Shown one piece after another: positions 46,844-61,286 of a stretch of 64,000 nt of DNA. The stretch's first letter is position 1. Each line of letters begins with the position of its first letter. This stretch comes from Chrysemys picta bellii (Eukaryota), in the NCBI RefSeq assembly GCF_011386835.1, contig NC_088798.1:26226001-26290000 (forward strand), given 5' to 3'. Both the position numbers and the translations under genes were made by a program. Below the pieces are notes generated by a model. That model ran no database searches, was not told the DNA's origin, and was given only the letters and a program-made list of their open reading frames with translations.

Positions 46844-49800
46844 AATGATGCCTCCATTTTTTTTCTTTTATATTTATAAATTTATCAACACCGGTGCTCA
46901 GAATGTTGTTTCATGGAACTGTGACTAGGCGTTGACCCAATGATCTTTTGTGTCTACACAAATGAGTGCCTAATATAAACTAACGGTGAATCCATTTTAA
47001 CCAATAGCCTTACAGAATCTGTATAGCAAAGGCCTCTAACAAGCTTTTAATATGTGCAGCAGTGCGTCCTGGAGCAGAGGGAGGAAGAGGAGGAGAAAGT
47101 TAGCTGCAAAAGAGGCAAATCCTCCTCTCTGCAAAAGGATGGCTCTTAAGTACAGTTGAAGGGGTTCATTCATGGTGAAAGACAAGTGCTCTGAATTAAT
47201 CAGATCTGATGCAGGGCTGCCTAGCAAACAGATAAACTGGAATACTGACAGCAGAGTGTGGGATAGTAGAGTGTGTTCCAGAGATAAATGGGAGACAGGC
47301 TGGTCTAGTAGCCTATTTCTTGACAGTGGATCACCCTTAGGCTAGAATTGCTCTTCTGACGAAAAGGGCTGTGTCCCTGGAAGAAGTAGTAATGAGAGTT
47401 CACACACCACCAATCTTTGAGCATCAGCAAGAATGGGATATAGATATTAACAGTAGATACAGCAGCTACTGCACTGAGATCTGGTGCCTATGACACAGGT
47501 CAGGTGCAGAGTATATTTTTAAAAAGAGGCAGAGAAGTTAAACAGTAAATACAGACCATGATCCTTAGTTCCTAAGTGATTTTAGAAAGATTGAACTTGA
47601 CTCTTTACCTAGATTCACTTTCCCACAATCAATAGAGTTGACTATTGCAATGCCACATGCAACATATTTCACAAAAGTGATAACAGATAGAGACATTACC
47701 CGCTAGACATATTGTATTTTGCTGTATTACTTCAATTTTCAATTTCAATTTTGACTGCTTGTCAAATTATATTTGCATAAAGCTAGTATAATTGCAGTGG
47801 AGAATCAGGACCATCATCCCCACCACATCTTTGGGAAACCATACACCTATTTACAACTGCCTATTACTGACTGTGAGAAAAGCACTAGTGATATAGACAG
47901 ACAAAGATGATTACTTTTCTGAAATCCACAGTACTTTTGATCACGACTACTTTTTTTCACACCCACAAACCTCTTCTCTGCTATTCTATCACTGACACCA
48001 TGGTTCACACACAAAAAGAACAAATATTTCACTTACGTTTTCAACAAACGTTAAATACAAAGAGTTAACACTTCAACAAACTTTTAAGAGGGGAAAAAAT
48101 ACTTCCTCAGACCTCAGGTGATAGCTATGGTATTGCTTTCTCTTCAAAAATATCTGAACTGATAGGTCTATTAGCTATCTATAAATATAATTGTATTAGA
48201 GATGCTCAAACATTTTTGAATTTACAAAAGTTCAATGCAAATGTTTTGCTAATACTTTTCAAAAAAATATTCATGAATTTATTGCTGTTTTTCTACCAGC
48301 ATAAGTAGAGGTTGAACATTTTCAAAAAATTAAAACTTAGAAAAAGTTTTCAGCCATCTCAAGCCTCTACCTCTAAACACATATTTTTAGTGATGGAAAA
48401 TAATGGTGTCAAAACATTCCTTCGAAGTACAGTATTCCTCCAAGGCATCATTTCTCAGCTGTTGAATCTATTAGACCTTACAATTCTGAGTAGTGTAGAC
48501 CCTCATAGAGACTGAGGGGAAAGATATGCATTTCACCAATGACATGTGGAAAAGCAATCAGACACTGAATTACATGGCTGTCACTGTCCATTTACCTTCT
48601 TTATCGCTACTCACTGTAAGCTCTCGCAAGGCACCACTGAAAATGACACTCTGGTACAGAGCGGGACAAATATTTTGAAGAAATAATTTATTAGGCTTAT
48701 TGAGGCCCCTTTTCCGTTTGCAACTGATCTGCAAAGAGGTTGCAAATTTTTACAAATATGTTTATTGTTTGGAGTTGATTTTTTCCCCCCCAGGAATATT
48801 TTCCAGCCTAAGTACTGCTCTCAAATAATTTGAGAATGTTTGGTATTCATGATTCACTACTTGTTCTCTGATTGGTCACCTGTGTCACATGGTATTCATT
48901 CAGGTGTCTGATCAAATGATCTAAGATTAATAAACAGGAGAAGTAATCATTGTGGCTTTTGAATCTCTTGAGGAGAGGTTGAGTGGGGAAGGTACTTTGT
49001 TTAGAGAAAGAAAGCAGAGATCTAGAGAATTTTAGTGCATTTAAAATGGTTCATGACCTCATTTGCACCAGAAAACAGTATTATGTTTGGCTATATATGT
49101 GGCTATTGTGTTTAACAATACCTGCTGTACTGAAAGAGAGGAAAAGACATTAGCAATGTTTATTGTCTTTCTAATGTACTTCACATTCAATTTTCCTTTT
49201 CACAATCAGATCAACTAATCACATGTGTGCTCCCATGCATCTGTGTATAGCTCTAGCTGTGAAGGTTGCAAATTGTCTGGATTTCACTGTTTCTGTGACA
49301 AAGTTCTGACAAGGGGATTGAGCAAGACTATTGCTACAGAAAAGCAGCTGTTGGTACCATTTCCTCTGAAGCTCTCAAAGCATTCAGTATTCTTCCTTTT
49401 TTTAAATTTAAATATATGTATATTATCTTTAAGGTCCTCCATATTGCTCTTATAAAGGTTGATGTTTATTCTTATGACTTGAATAGTGATTAGATTTCAT
49501 TTTCATCCAGAAATATTAATGTAAAATCACACATGGGACAATAAATGAGCTATTTTCTAGTGTATAAAGACACTAATGCACATTCTTGAGGACCCTTCCA
49601 TGGTAAGAAACAAAGAAAGACCAGTAAGACAATACAATGAAAGGAATTAAAAGCTTGGATTGGAACCTTGGCAGTTTAATGAAGTACCTAACAATGGATC
49701 TGTAATTTCCATTCAGTATTTATTATGTGTTTCCCTTATTGGTCCTATACAATTTCTCACGTTCAACAACAAAATTAATTCAAAGTAACGTTTACAGACA

Positions 49801-50990
49801 TAATAATTAAGTAAGCTATCTGCACAAGTATCATAATTACATAAATCTCTAGCACTGTTTATCAATCTTTTATTTAGAAAATATCATGGGTTATAAATAC
49901 TGCTTAAGCAAATGTTATAGCTATAGAGTGAAATAACTGACCTTTCCCAAAGCTTTTTCCATTAACAGCATAAAATTTGATGGAATAAGTCATAACGATT
50001 TTAGCTTTGTGTTCAGAAATGACTAAAGGATGATCACTTTCTGTAGAGCTAAGCACTTAGTGTCCTCTGCAGCTGATGAGCAATCCCCAAAACTATATGC
50101 TACCCTAGGGACTGTAAAAAGAGACAGAATTATCTATTTCAGCCTCTTTCCTTGTCCTTTTTTTTACTGACCCTTAACCACTAAGGACCTTTGACTGCAA
50201 AACAGAGAGTAGCTTGGTAATGTATCTTGCGAAACCAAATCTGCTACTCTGGTTATTTTAATTTTCCACTTTGCGAGTTCAAGGTAACTGTTTTTCCCAA
50301 AAAATCTCAAAACCATTTGAGGACGGGCATTATTACTTAAATCTATTTAAGAAAAACATCCTGTAATTAAAAATCAGATTTCTTTCAATTCTTTATTTAA
50401 AACATAGTGCACTTCCAGAGGCCCATCTGAAATTGTCTAGTGAAGAGTTGCTTACCAAAGAAAGGTAACAATGAAATATTGATGAGGAAGAGGCTGTATG
50501 GATTGTTAGTGAGAGGGCTCCAGGAGATGCAGAGAGTGGCATGTTGTCTATACAATAGTAATTTTTCTAGTGCCTCTTGTATGTATGTTTTCATGAACAG
50601 ATCAAATAAGCCAAAGAAGGAAAGGATCTATACATTTTTCTAATGCTCTAATTAGTTTACTTTTCAGTATCTTAACTGAAGATCTTGCACACTGTAATTA
50701 ATTGCTCAGCTCAGAAGTTATCTTTTCTATTTACTCTGTTTCCCTTGTTTTAATTTCATCATACTGCTTACAGTCATAGACCCAATCCAGCTCCTACTGA
50801 AGTTATTGGGAAGTCTCCCATTGACTTCAATAGATGCTGGATCAGATCCATATCCACTATTCCTTAGTAAATAATTAATCTCTCTCATTGGAATTTATGT
50901 CCTCCTCACACTTATAGGGTGCCTCCTTAGTCATCCTTTGCCCAAACATACACATTTATGTAAAAGTATCAGTTTTCATTATAAACACAG

Positions 50991-52135
50991 AAGACATAAG
51001 AATTGCCATAATGGGTCAGACCAAAGGTCCATCCAGCCCAGTATCCTGTCTGCTGACAGTGACCAATGTCAGGTGTCCCAGAGGAAGTGAACCTAACAGG
51101 TAATGATTAAGTGATCTCTCTCCTGCCATCCAGCTCCACCCTCTGACAAATAGAGGCTAGGGACACCATTCCTTACCCATCCTGGCTAATAGCCATTAAT
51201 GGACTTAACCTCCATGAATTTATCTAGCTCTATTTTAAACCCAGTTATAGTCCTAGCCTTCACAACCTCCTCAGGCAAGGAGTTCCACAGGTTGACTGTG
51301 CGCTGTGTGAAGAAGAACTTCCTTTTATTTGTTTTAAATCTGCTGCACATTAATTTCATTTGGTGGTCCCTAGTTATTATATTATGGGAACAAGTAAATA
51401 ACTTTTCCTTATTCACTTTCTCCACACAACTCATGATTTTATATCTCTCTATCATATCCCCCCTTAGTCTCCTCTTTTCCAAGCTGAAAAGTCCTAGCCT
51501 CTTTAATCTCTCCTCATATGGGACCCATTCCAAACCCCTAATCATTTTAGTTGCCCTTCTCTGAACCTTTTCTAATGCCAGTATTTCTTTTTTGAGCTGA
51601 GGAGACCACATCTGTATGCAGTATTCAAGATGTGGGAATACCACGGGTTTATATAAGGGCAATAAGATATTTTCTATCTTATTCTCTATCCCTTTTTAAA
51701 TGATTCCTAACATCCTGTTTGCTTTTTTGACTGCCACTGCACACTGTTTGGATGTCTTCAGAGAACTATCCACAATGACTCCTAGATCTCTTTCCTGATT
51801 AGTTGTAGCTAAATTAGCCCCCATCATATTGTATGTATAGTTAGGGTTATTTTTTCCAATGTGCATTACTTTACATTTATACACATTAAATTTTATTTGC
51901 CATCTTGTTGCCCACTTAGTTTTGTGAGATCTTTTTGAAGTTCTTCTCAGTCTGCTTTGGTCTTAACTATATTGAGCAGTCTAGTATCATCAGAAAACTT
52001 TGCCACCTCACTGTTTACCCCTTTCTCCAGATCATTTATGAATAGGTTGAATAGGATTGGTCCTAGGACTGACCCTTAGGGAACACCACTATTTACCTCT
52101 CTCCATTCTGAAAATTTACCATTTATTCCTACCCT
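50991..52135 (-). mobile_element. 5'-truncated CR1 LINE (RT C-terminus and 3' UTR)
   Basis: ORF 51186-51662 LEYCIQMWSPQLKK..LEKVQRRATKMIRGL..LFSLEKRRLRGD..WNSLP; tail gtctgacccattatggcaattcttatg. Confidence 0.95.
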
Positions 52136-53791
52136 ACATTTGTGTCAACAAATTAAGTACGAAGAAATTAGATTTGGCCACATCTATTGACATTTCCAAG
52201 ACATCTAAGTAACTCATTCTGTAGTGTACATAATTAGAAGACTTGTTAAAAAAAGAATAAATATAACTGTCTTCTGTAATTATGTAGGAGAACATGAACT
52301 CAGGAAAACTTCAAACTCACTGTGATACCAAGAAGTCTTTCACAACCAGATATTACAGCATCAATCAGCTTGCATTCAGGAGAAAAATTGACTTTGTCAT
52401 GATATGGTTCTTAAAGCAAAAGTAATAAATTCTATACTAACAGCAAGGCTGCAGCGTGGCTAATTTATTCATTATCCACCCCTGAAAAATAATTAAGGCA
52501 TGCTTTCTTTCCTGGTGGTTCATTACAGGTTAGCCTTTTCCTGCAGCAGTCAGTGAGTGAATGCTTATTAAAATAAATTAGCTGCACAACTTTTAACTCT
52601 GTCTTAAAGAAAAACTAATCCATTTTTCTAGTGGGAGCAACATTGATTAAATAAACCTAGTTTCATGCAGAGAAGACTAATTCCTTTAGCCACAGTTTCC
52701 AATCTTAAATCATGTTGTATCTGTATTAGTTGGGCAGTATATAATGAGCTGTGAGCTTATAACTGGTATTAACCTCTTTCTGCATGCATTCATTTTTTGT
52801 AGCCTGGGTGATTTCAGTGAAACACCCAAATTATTCTGAAGCACATGTTTCAAAACTGTGTATTCTGTATATTATATACACATATACCTCTTCAGACACA
52901 TCTCTGACTCTTATTTTAGACAGGTTGACCTGACATGAACTTGTTTTCTGTTATATGCACATACCTCTCCAGTGTCCCTAATTAAAAGGCCACTTTTGGA
53001 ACCATATAATATTTACCTCAAACCCATGCAAATGTGGTGTGATATCATATCATAAAGGTTGCATGATGGCTGCAGAAAATGCTACCAGAACCTGATCCAT
53101 AGGCCAATGAAGTTAGTGGAAAAAATATCTGTTGAATTCAGTGGTCTTTGGATCAGGCCTTTTATGCTGTACAGGAACAAAGCCTGCATAATGACTGAAT
53201 TAGTATTGCAGGATTGAGCCCTATGTGATTAATATAAAATTTCCCACATTATTACATTTCTTTTAATCTACAAGTTTACATGTTGGTATTAAAAAAATAA
53301 GACATTTAATGCCACCCACTAAGAAATAGGCAGCCAACCGATCTGTAATTAAGGCTATCTACTGACAGGTCAATCACATCACACACTCGCCTTTCCCCAC
53401 AGCAAAAACATAGTGGACTATATCTCATGTTTTTATAGAGATTAAGTCATTATCATAATGAATTTAGGAAGAAATCCATCCTACTCCCTCCTCCAAGACC
53501 AAACCTAACTATCCAAGCTTGGTGCCGAGCTGCCACTCAACAACTACTGTAGTCTTAGGGCTTCAACAGCCTCTGCTATGACTCTGTTCCCCTTGTGTGG
53601 CGGTGCATGGCCCGTTGCTCTGTAGACTTCTGGATTCCCTGGTCTCAGCCCCAAGACCCCATTCTCACTCATGCGTTTTCTTTCTCCCCATCCCATAATG
53701 TACAAGTAGGGGAAGCATTATAGCAGAGGGTTTAGGAGGGAATATAATTAATGCATCTTAATCCCATTATCCCCCTTGTTACCAGCTGCGA

Positions 53792-53886
53792 CAGCTTCAG
53801 AGGAAGGTGCAAGAATATTTGTAATATACAGTTATGGAACAACCTGCTTGCTGTTCATGATTGGCTTGTGTCCTGAAGCACGAAGG
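53792..53886 (-). mobile_element. Old CR1-like 3' UTR fragment
   Basis: cagcttcagaggaaggtgcaag...gattggcttgtgtcctgaagcacgaagg; resembles the reverse complement of 36450-36632. Confidence 0.45.
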
Positions 53887-55157
53887 CAATTTTAGTGAAG
53901 TAGAAGAGAATCTCATCTGCCCTGGGGGAGTGGATCCATATGCATTAGGTGGAGGGAAAAACTGGAAATACTGACTTTTTCAGAGCATGAACAGTATTCA
54001 TCACCCAGGGCAACCTTCTGGGTAGGTATACTGAGGTGTACTGTCTGGTCTTTCTGCCATCCTCTCACCTTGTGGGAATGTTTCCTCTTCTGGGCTGTCT
54101 GGGTGCTCTGAGACCCGCAGCAACAGGATACAGGAAATATAGCACTCTTCATGCCAACGCTTAGCACAAGAGATTTTGCTTTTGCCCTGTTAGTTTTCAG
54201 GCACCATTTGTCTGGCCTCTGAATGGCCCAGTGGCCATTCTAAGTGCCATAGAATCTTCAGTCTACAACATTCCATCTGACAACTCTTCAAACATCAGCT
54301 GTCTTTTCAGAAATCCTCAGGTGCTGTTAAACTGGCAGGATAGAGGAAAACAATATTATCTTCATTGTCAGTCTTTTTCTTCTTTCATTCACTTCCCCTC
54401 TCTTTGTCTCTCTTGCTCATTTTATTTTGGCCTGCATAGGGGAGGGAATGTGAATATGTCTATTTTGACAGAAAATTCTTCACCTGTCGGCAGGAGCCCA
54501 CCGAGGGGCCATGGCTAAGAGAGTGTTCTAGCTCCTGTATTGATAATGCCTTTGTTTTCTTCTTTTCACTGTATTTATACCAAATAAATAATCTACATCT
54601 GAATACGTTCTTATACTTAATAATAAGTAAAAGATTAAATCAGGAGTTAATAGTTCATTGAGTCGTTACAAGAAGTTACTTATCATTAGACTGAATCAAA
54701 TTGTAGAATGTTTAATATTTTGGATGTAAGAGTTTCTCCCACTAGGCAATGCACATGAATTGGCAATGAAGAATGATAAATGACATAACTGAACTAAAAT
54801 CTCGCTAATTACTCTTTCCTAGTATCAATGGGTTCAGAGAAAGTAAAATACCATATGTGATATTATTCTGGGAGGGAGGGGAAAGGAATTATGAAAATTA
54901 TGAAAGATAAATAATGTGGTCACTATTGCTTTACACATTATTTTGTGGTGCTGGGATATATATTTTGGATAAGACAATATATCTGAGGAAAACTTACTAT
55001 AACTAGAAATATGAGATTAATTCACAACAAGTAATAAATTCCAATAATTTTGCTTCCTTTTATATATTCAGACTGAATCTGAGACATTTTTAAAATTGTC
55101 TTGAATTTATTTGAAGTTAAGATTCTGAATATTTCCAGTGAATATATATATATATTT

Positions 55158-55346
55158 AAATGGAGATATCCCATCTCCTAGAACTGGAAGGGACCCTGAA
55201 AAGTCATTGAGTCCAGCCCCCTGCCTTCACTAGTAGGACAAAGTACTGATTTTGCCCCAGATGCCTAAGTGGCCCCCTCAAGGATTGAACTCACAACCCT
55301 GGGTTTAGGAGGGCAATGCTCAAACCACTGAGCTATCCCTCCCCCC
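55158..55346 (-). mobile_element. Tortoise Pol III-type SINE
   Basis: Reverse complement closely matches 43416-43606, with box A and box B (gtgagttcaatcc). Confidence 0.92.
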
Positions 55347-57264
55347 AGTCTACAGATTGAATGCCAACACTTCTTTGGAAGTATTCACCATTTGTGGCTG
55401 GGTCCTATTCACCTCTGATAGATACCTGAAGCCTCTCTCTTTTTTACACTTTGACAATACTTGTGTAGTCTCTCATGCTAATAAGGTTTTATTGAATGCA
55501 TTACTTTTTAGTGGACACATAAATCGCATGATGTGTTGCTCTTCCTATTTGGATGGGGGTAATTCTTACAATAATTGAGAATTGATAAATAAAAATTAAA
55601 AAAGAAAGGTGAGGGAGAAAAAGCAATCTACCCTTAGCCATACCCAAGATTTCTTATGCTACAGTACGACAGTACTACGGTTACAACATTATTTACTAAA
55701 ATAATACAGAACAAAGGAAGGGTCCAATAAAGCATGTATAGTTTTGTACTGGTACTCCATTATTAGTTTCTGAATACTGTGGAGCTATTTATGTTTTTTA
55801 AAAGAAAGTCAATGATTTTAAGATTTACACTGAAAAAATATTTACATAAAGTGTGTGTGTCTTTGTGTGGTTACGTATGTGCATAAACACAGACACACAC
55901 ATAACTTGAATACTCTTTCTTCATGCAATGTTATGGCTGCAATTTTATGTGCACAATACCAGGAAATTAAATGTTATGGTTTCCAAAACCATGGTAATGG
56001 CCGCATTTCATATAGATATTAAAACCAACAGCTAAGGTTTTTAGTAGAGACCAGTAATTTGGGACGTCTTAGTTTTGGAGTTCCCAATTCGATATGCCCT
56101 AAAGACTCTGATTTTCAGAGATCGGTGCTCTGCTGATTGAATGCACACTTTTCTCCCTTGAGCACCTTTCATTTCTGTTCAAGCTTTTCTCTGCTCTAAG
56201 TTGCCTCAGTTGGCCAGGGAAACTGAAGGAAGGAGTGAGGGAAACAAAGATGGGAAGTAACCCTTTTAGGTCCTGAAAGGTATGTACTACCCAGCACACT
56301 GGCACTAAGATATTATCCCTAAAATTATAACTCCTGGCTTCATTCAGTAGAACATGAGTCACCAATTTTATGACTCAATAGGTTAGATAATCAAAATACT
56401 TGAATTATCCTGGCTTTTACACTTCTGGGTTCTTGAACATTTCCAAGACATAGATTGTGAATTAATTTAATTATAGTTGGAAATAGCATGCAATTATTGA
56501 CCAAGTTTGGCAGAGACATTTTATGTTACCTACTGTTTTTACATACTGTTTGCTGCTTTAGTCTGTGTGGGTGAAAATGAATAGCAAATCAGATAGGTAA
56601 TTTGAAGAGCCATGAGTAGAATATCTGTTGACCATTTGGAACAATTATTTGGTAGGATCTTTAAAAGAAAATTCTCTTTTAAAAAGAAAAGAAACCACAA
56701 CTATTATAATATAGATATGTATTTGAACCAAAAGTAAATGAAAATAAATTAGTCGTGGTCCAGGTATTAAGAAGTGTCAATTGCAAAATTTTCTAATTTT
56801 GAAAATGTTTGTTCCTAATCTCTTGAGTCTATTTAAAATTCTTCAGTCACACAAAGCCTTGAGCTTTCCTTCAGCTAAGCAGTAAAGAGCATCTGAAGTA
56901 TTTGTGGGGTAACTGGATATGGTGCAATTAAGTCTTTGCAACCATATTCTCAATACATTCATGCAGAGGAATGTTAGAGTTGAATGGCTTGCACACTCAT
57001 AAAAAAATGTTTGATATCTTTTTTCCACTTAAAAATTCAAACTTGATATATACATAGTCCTCAGTGGGGATATGGTGGATACAGTAATAATAATTATAAT
57101 AAATGAGAATATGGTGTTGACATTTAAACTAAAAGAAAATAACAGATCTGTCATTTTCTATAGAGAGAACAATTTACTTCTGCTTTTTTATAAAATACTT
57201 TGTATTCACTTCCTATTTAATCTAAGTCCATTGCACTTTAGTTATCAACTGTTATTGACATTGT

Positions 57265-57476
57265 GATTGGAGTAGTACAGCAGATCCTAGAGGCCCCAAC
57301 AAAGATTGGTATCCTATTGGGCTAGGCATTATACAAACAGATAAGAGACAGCCCTTGCCTCAGAGAGATTACAGTCTAAATGGGAAAGTCAGACAAAGCG
57401 TGGGAGAAAGGAATTATTCCCATTTTACCAAAGGGGAACTGAGGCACAGGGAAATTAAGTGCTCAAGGTCACATAG
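57265..57476 (-). mobile_element. MIR-like CORE-SINE with L2 tail
   Basis: attcccattttaccaaaggggaactgaggcacagggaaattaagtgctcaaggtcaca is the reversed CORE domain. Confidence 0.7.
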
Positions 57477-57780
57477 GTAGATAGCTCTCATTATACTAAT
57501 AATCTACAAACAGCACATATTCTTAGACTGATTTTAGATTATATAGAAGTCTCATAACACTGCACAAGGTCTGATGATATGTATGACGTATTCTGTTGTG
57601 AATCATATTTCCTAAAACACAAAAGGCTCATCAGCTCTCTAAAGCAAAGAAATTTGAATACAATTTTATCTTAGTTTACACATCAGTTATGTAGGAATTG
57701 CTTTTATATGAAAGACAGCTAAATAAGACACAGCACAAAAAGCTCAGAAGCCAGGAGGCCATTGTTTGGGCAAGAGATGC

Positions 57781-57912
57781 TATTTATTTATTTGTTTGTA
57801 ATGCAATAGCACACGGAGGCCACCAGTTAAGTATCAGGGCCATATTATGGTAGGCATTACACACACATGTAGTGACAACATGATCCCTTGTCCCAAACTT
57901 TTACAAGCTAAA
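57781..57912 (-). mobile_element. L2/MIR-type tail fragment
   Basis: tatttattt...taggcattacacacacatg...cccttgtcccaaacttttaca, similar to 57280-57380. Confidence 0.45.
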
Positions 57913-58220
57913 TAAATCCAGGCACTAACCTTTAGAAAAGTGGAAAGTTAAAATACTTCAGACAGAGGATGGATCTTTATCTGTAAAGGTTTTGCTATGG
58001 TGGAAAAATTAAACAAAAATTGTGCCCTAAAGAACAGAAACACATTCAGATTACTGAGATTTATATATGCAAAATACCTAGTCATGTCTGCTCATACATA
58101 CAATACTTTAACAATGTGTCAGAGATTGTATCTTAGTTTATCGATAATAGCTTATGCCCTAAGTTATTTAATGTATTATAGGAGTGTGTGTATGTGAAAC
58201 ATTTGCAGTTTCTATAACTC

Positions 58221-59211
58221 TGTGGGGGAAACCAGGTAGGAGGGGCTGGGGAAAATCTTAGGCAGAAGTTTTGCAATGGAGCAGAGAATGACAGAGCAGC
58301 ATTAGGCATACTACTCAGTCCCTCGTTCCCCAAGTTGTCTGCAGGTGGTGAGGATGGAATAATGGAAAATCCCCAACAGAAAAGAAGGAACAAAGACAAA
58401 GGGTGTTAGGAGCTGCTGTTAAAGGGGCATGCTTGCCGGACAGGGCAACCTATTGACTGCCAGACCTGAACAAGCTAAGGGCAGCTTGTTGAAGGGAGAG
58501 AGACAGACCCTGACCAGAACCTGAAGGATGAGCAAGAGGAGAGGGGTGCAGGAAGGACCTGGGACCCCTGCAAGGACTGATCAAAACCAAGAACTCAGAG
58601 TGTGGGGACACTGAAGGACGGGACTTGCATGCATGTTTTGTTAAGTTTCCATAGACCTGTATATCTCTCACACTTTGTCTGTTGGGGGGAAGGATAGCTC
58701 AGTGGTTTGAGCATTGGCCTGCTAAACCCCAAGATGTGAGTTCAATCCCAGAGGGGGCCACCTAGGGATCTGCAGCAAAAATCAGTACATGGTCCTGCTA
58801 GTGAAGTCAGGGGGCTGGACTCCATGACCTTTTGAGGTCCCTTCCAGCTCTATGAGATATATATATACCTATATGAGTAAAATATAATTGGTTTAGAAAT
58901 TCTTTCACAATGTTTGAGTGTTATTTTCTTCAACTATCATGTGTCCTTGAAGGGTTAAATTATGAATTGGAGTACCCACCAGCTTAAGCTACTGGGGAGA
59001 TTTGGGGGGTTTACCACTCATCTTTGGGCCTAGGGCAGCTAGGAGTCCCGTCTCTAGAAATGATACCTGACAGGGTCTGTGCCCAAGAGGCCGGAGACTG
59101 TGGCTGGACCCTGCCCAGAATCAGGGAAGCTTTGAAGCACACTGATCCAGAGTCCAAACAGCAGCCTAATTTGTATCTATCAGAGGCAGCTTGAACAAGA
59201 AGTCTGTGACA
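58221..59211. mobile_element. Possible LTR-like element interrupted by a SINE
   Basis: GC-richer block from tgtggggg to ctgtgaca; no TSD; continuity across the SINE is inferred. Confidence 0.3.
58684..58860 (+). mobile_element. Tortoise Pol III-type SINE
   Basis: ggatagctcagtggtttgagcattggcctgctaaac...gtgagttcaatcc...ggtcccttccagctctatgag. Confidence 0.9.
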
Positions 59212-60240
59212 ACACCCATGTTTTCATAATTCATTGTCCTAGAATCAGACAAGGGATTCACGCTGGGATGATTCTGTTTTGCATATACTCTTATGCGTGT
59301 CAGCTAATGGAGTCAGAACAACTCAAACCATAATATCCCAAGGTGGTATGCTCCACTAGTGAAGTTATGAACTGAGCTGGGAAAGAGGCATGGAAAGACT
59401 CACCACTGACTTCAGCTGGGACTATTCTGATGTCCTATGTGAAACATGTACTTATGCAGCATCTAGCACCATTGCAAGATAGCTAAGAGGAACCCTATAG
59501 GCTCTTGTGTTCTGAACGTCATCCCTCTCTTCAGGCTCAAATCTCCCACTTCACATACCCTCTGGAAGTCTGTGAAGTATGATGTCTGCATATCTTTAAC
59601 CTGGCAGGTGGATTTAAGATATAAAATGTGTGCTTCAGACATCACATTACTGTAGGGCCTCCCCCTGCTGGGTGTCTAAAGTCCCATCCAGTTGTGAGTT
59701 ATAGAACTTTTTTGTGTAGTTTATCACATGCCTTGTTCTATAATAGATTATGTCCTGGGTAATTGAAGACTTCTTCACCACATATATTCATCTTTTACAT
59801 TCTTGATGTGGCTGAACTTGCTTGCATCATTTGCTAATATTCCCCTTAGAGTGTAGAATTTAGAACCTTATTTGAGTTTGACAGATCAGCTAACATTTTA
59901 CTTTGGTGCAAAAAATATGAACTCTATGAATATTATAATAAAATAACCTTGAAGAGACAACTTAATTAGTATTTAAGTGATTCTGAATTACAATGAAATT
60001 CCTATGGAAATATGAACACCCACCTGCATATCAAATAAAGTCACCAAGTTCATTGCTTTTGTTGTAAATATCACTTGAGTTCATAACAAATGGATTCCTT
60101 AAAAGAATATATCATCAAAAATAATACATCATTTCAAAGGTTTATCCACATAGGAGAAAATATGTGATGTGCAGGCTTGTGGGAAGGACTGAGGACTAGG
60201 TGAGTCTTAAAGTAGCAGCGTGAGTTGAGTACACACAGAA

Positions 60241-60305
60241 TGACCTTGGACAAGTCACTTTGACCTGTTTGTGCCTCAGTCAGCCCAGCTGGAAAATTGC
60301 ATAAA
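60241..60305 (+). mobile_element. CORE-SINE core fragment
   Basis: tgaccttggacaagtcactttgacctgtttgtgcctcagt. Confidence 0.6.
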
Positions 60306-61286
60306 AAGCAAAAACTCATTGATAACCAGATGCTACATCTGAGCAGAGTTTCCCTGGCCAATAAAGGACAGACACAAATATCTGTTGGATTAAATTTCAC
60401 ACTCAGCACAAAGAAGGCTGTGGTGAAAATGTGGAGTCTAGAGGGGATGTATTTTTGTCTCCTTTCTGATTTCTGAAAAATATGTAGTCTAAATAGTTTT
60501 TTTTCTATTTTCAATCAATGTCATCGAAGGGGTGTTGTCATTCAGTGATCTGTTTCAATGTCTCTATCACCGTAGTACGGTGCTTTGCTAACGATAATGG
60601 AGCAGACCTTTCTCAACATCAGTCTGAGATTGGCAAGAATTCTGGCATCAACACAAAGCTTTTTTTTCCCATGTTTTAGTTGAAGCTTTGCAGCCCAAGG
60701 GAAGCTGATTTCTTTTTCTCCTTTTCCTAAGGCACCTCAGTGACTATATACAATGAAGTCTGAAGTGCAACTTTGTGACAAGTAACACCTTCTGCCATAC
60801 ACCCAAAAAGCTGGCAGAGACACAAAACTCAAATAATTTTCTTTTTAGGGTGTTGTGACGCTCAGCAGCTGAGTTGAGGAATGTCTCTTTCTCTCACACA
60901 GTCTGTGCATATCTCACTCCTTCTATGCTCACGTAGACTGTAGAGTGAACAGAATCCTAATGTATTTGACTGAAACTGGCAGGAGTTCACAACAAGAAAA
61001 GCATATATTTTGATTTTCTAACATTTTGGTCAGACTTATGCTATCATAAGAAATCTTTTACTCCCTCTTGGGAGAGCAATAGATAAAAGTCTACTGAAAG
61101 AACAGACAGACTGGAGTTAGTGAAAGCAGTACAGAACTTTGTCCATCCACGCTGGAAGAAAGACAGGAGGCAATGAATGAGGTTTTAATTCAGCCGCAAC
61201 TTTATTTGCTTAAAATATCAGGGAGTACCTGGCAATAAATTGTACAGTGCAGGTCATCGTAATTTCCTTAATCATTTCCACATAAT

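Noticed and set aside
46442-46879. Four overlapping Arg/Pro-rich ORFs
   Set aside because: Explained by the CpG-rich MITE at 46550-46843
50820-50835. ccattgacttcaat core as a SOXE dimer site
   Set aside because: Half-sites face the opposite way (CATTG..CAATG) to the ACAATG-Nn-CATTGT arrangement used by SOXE dimers
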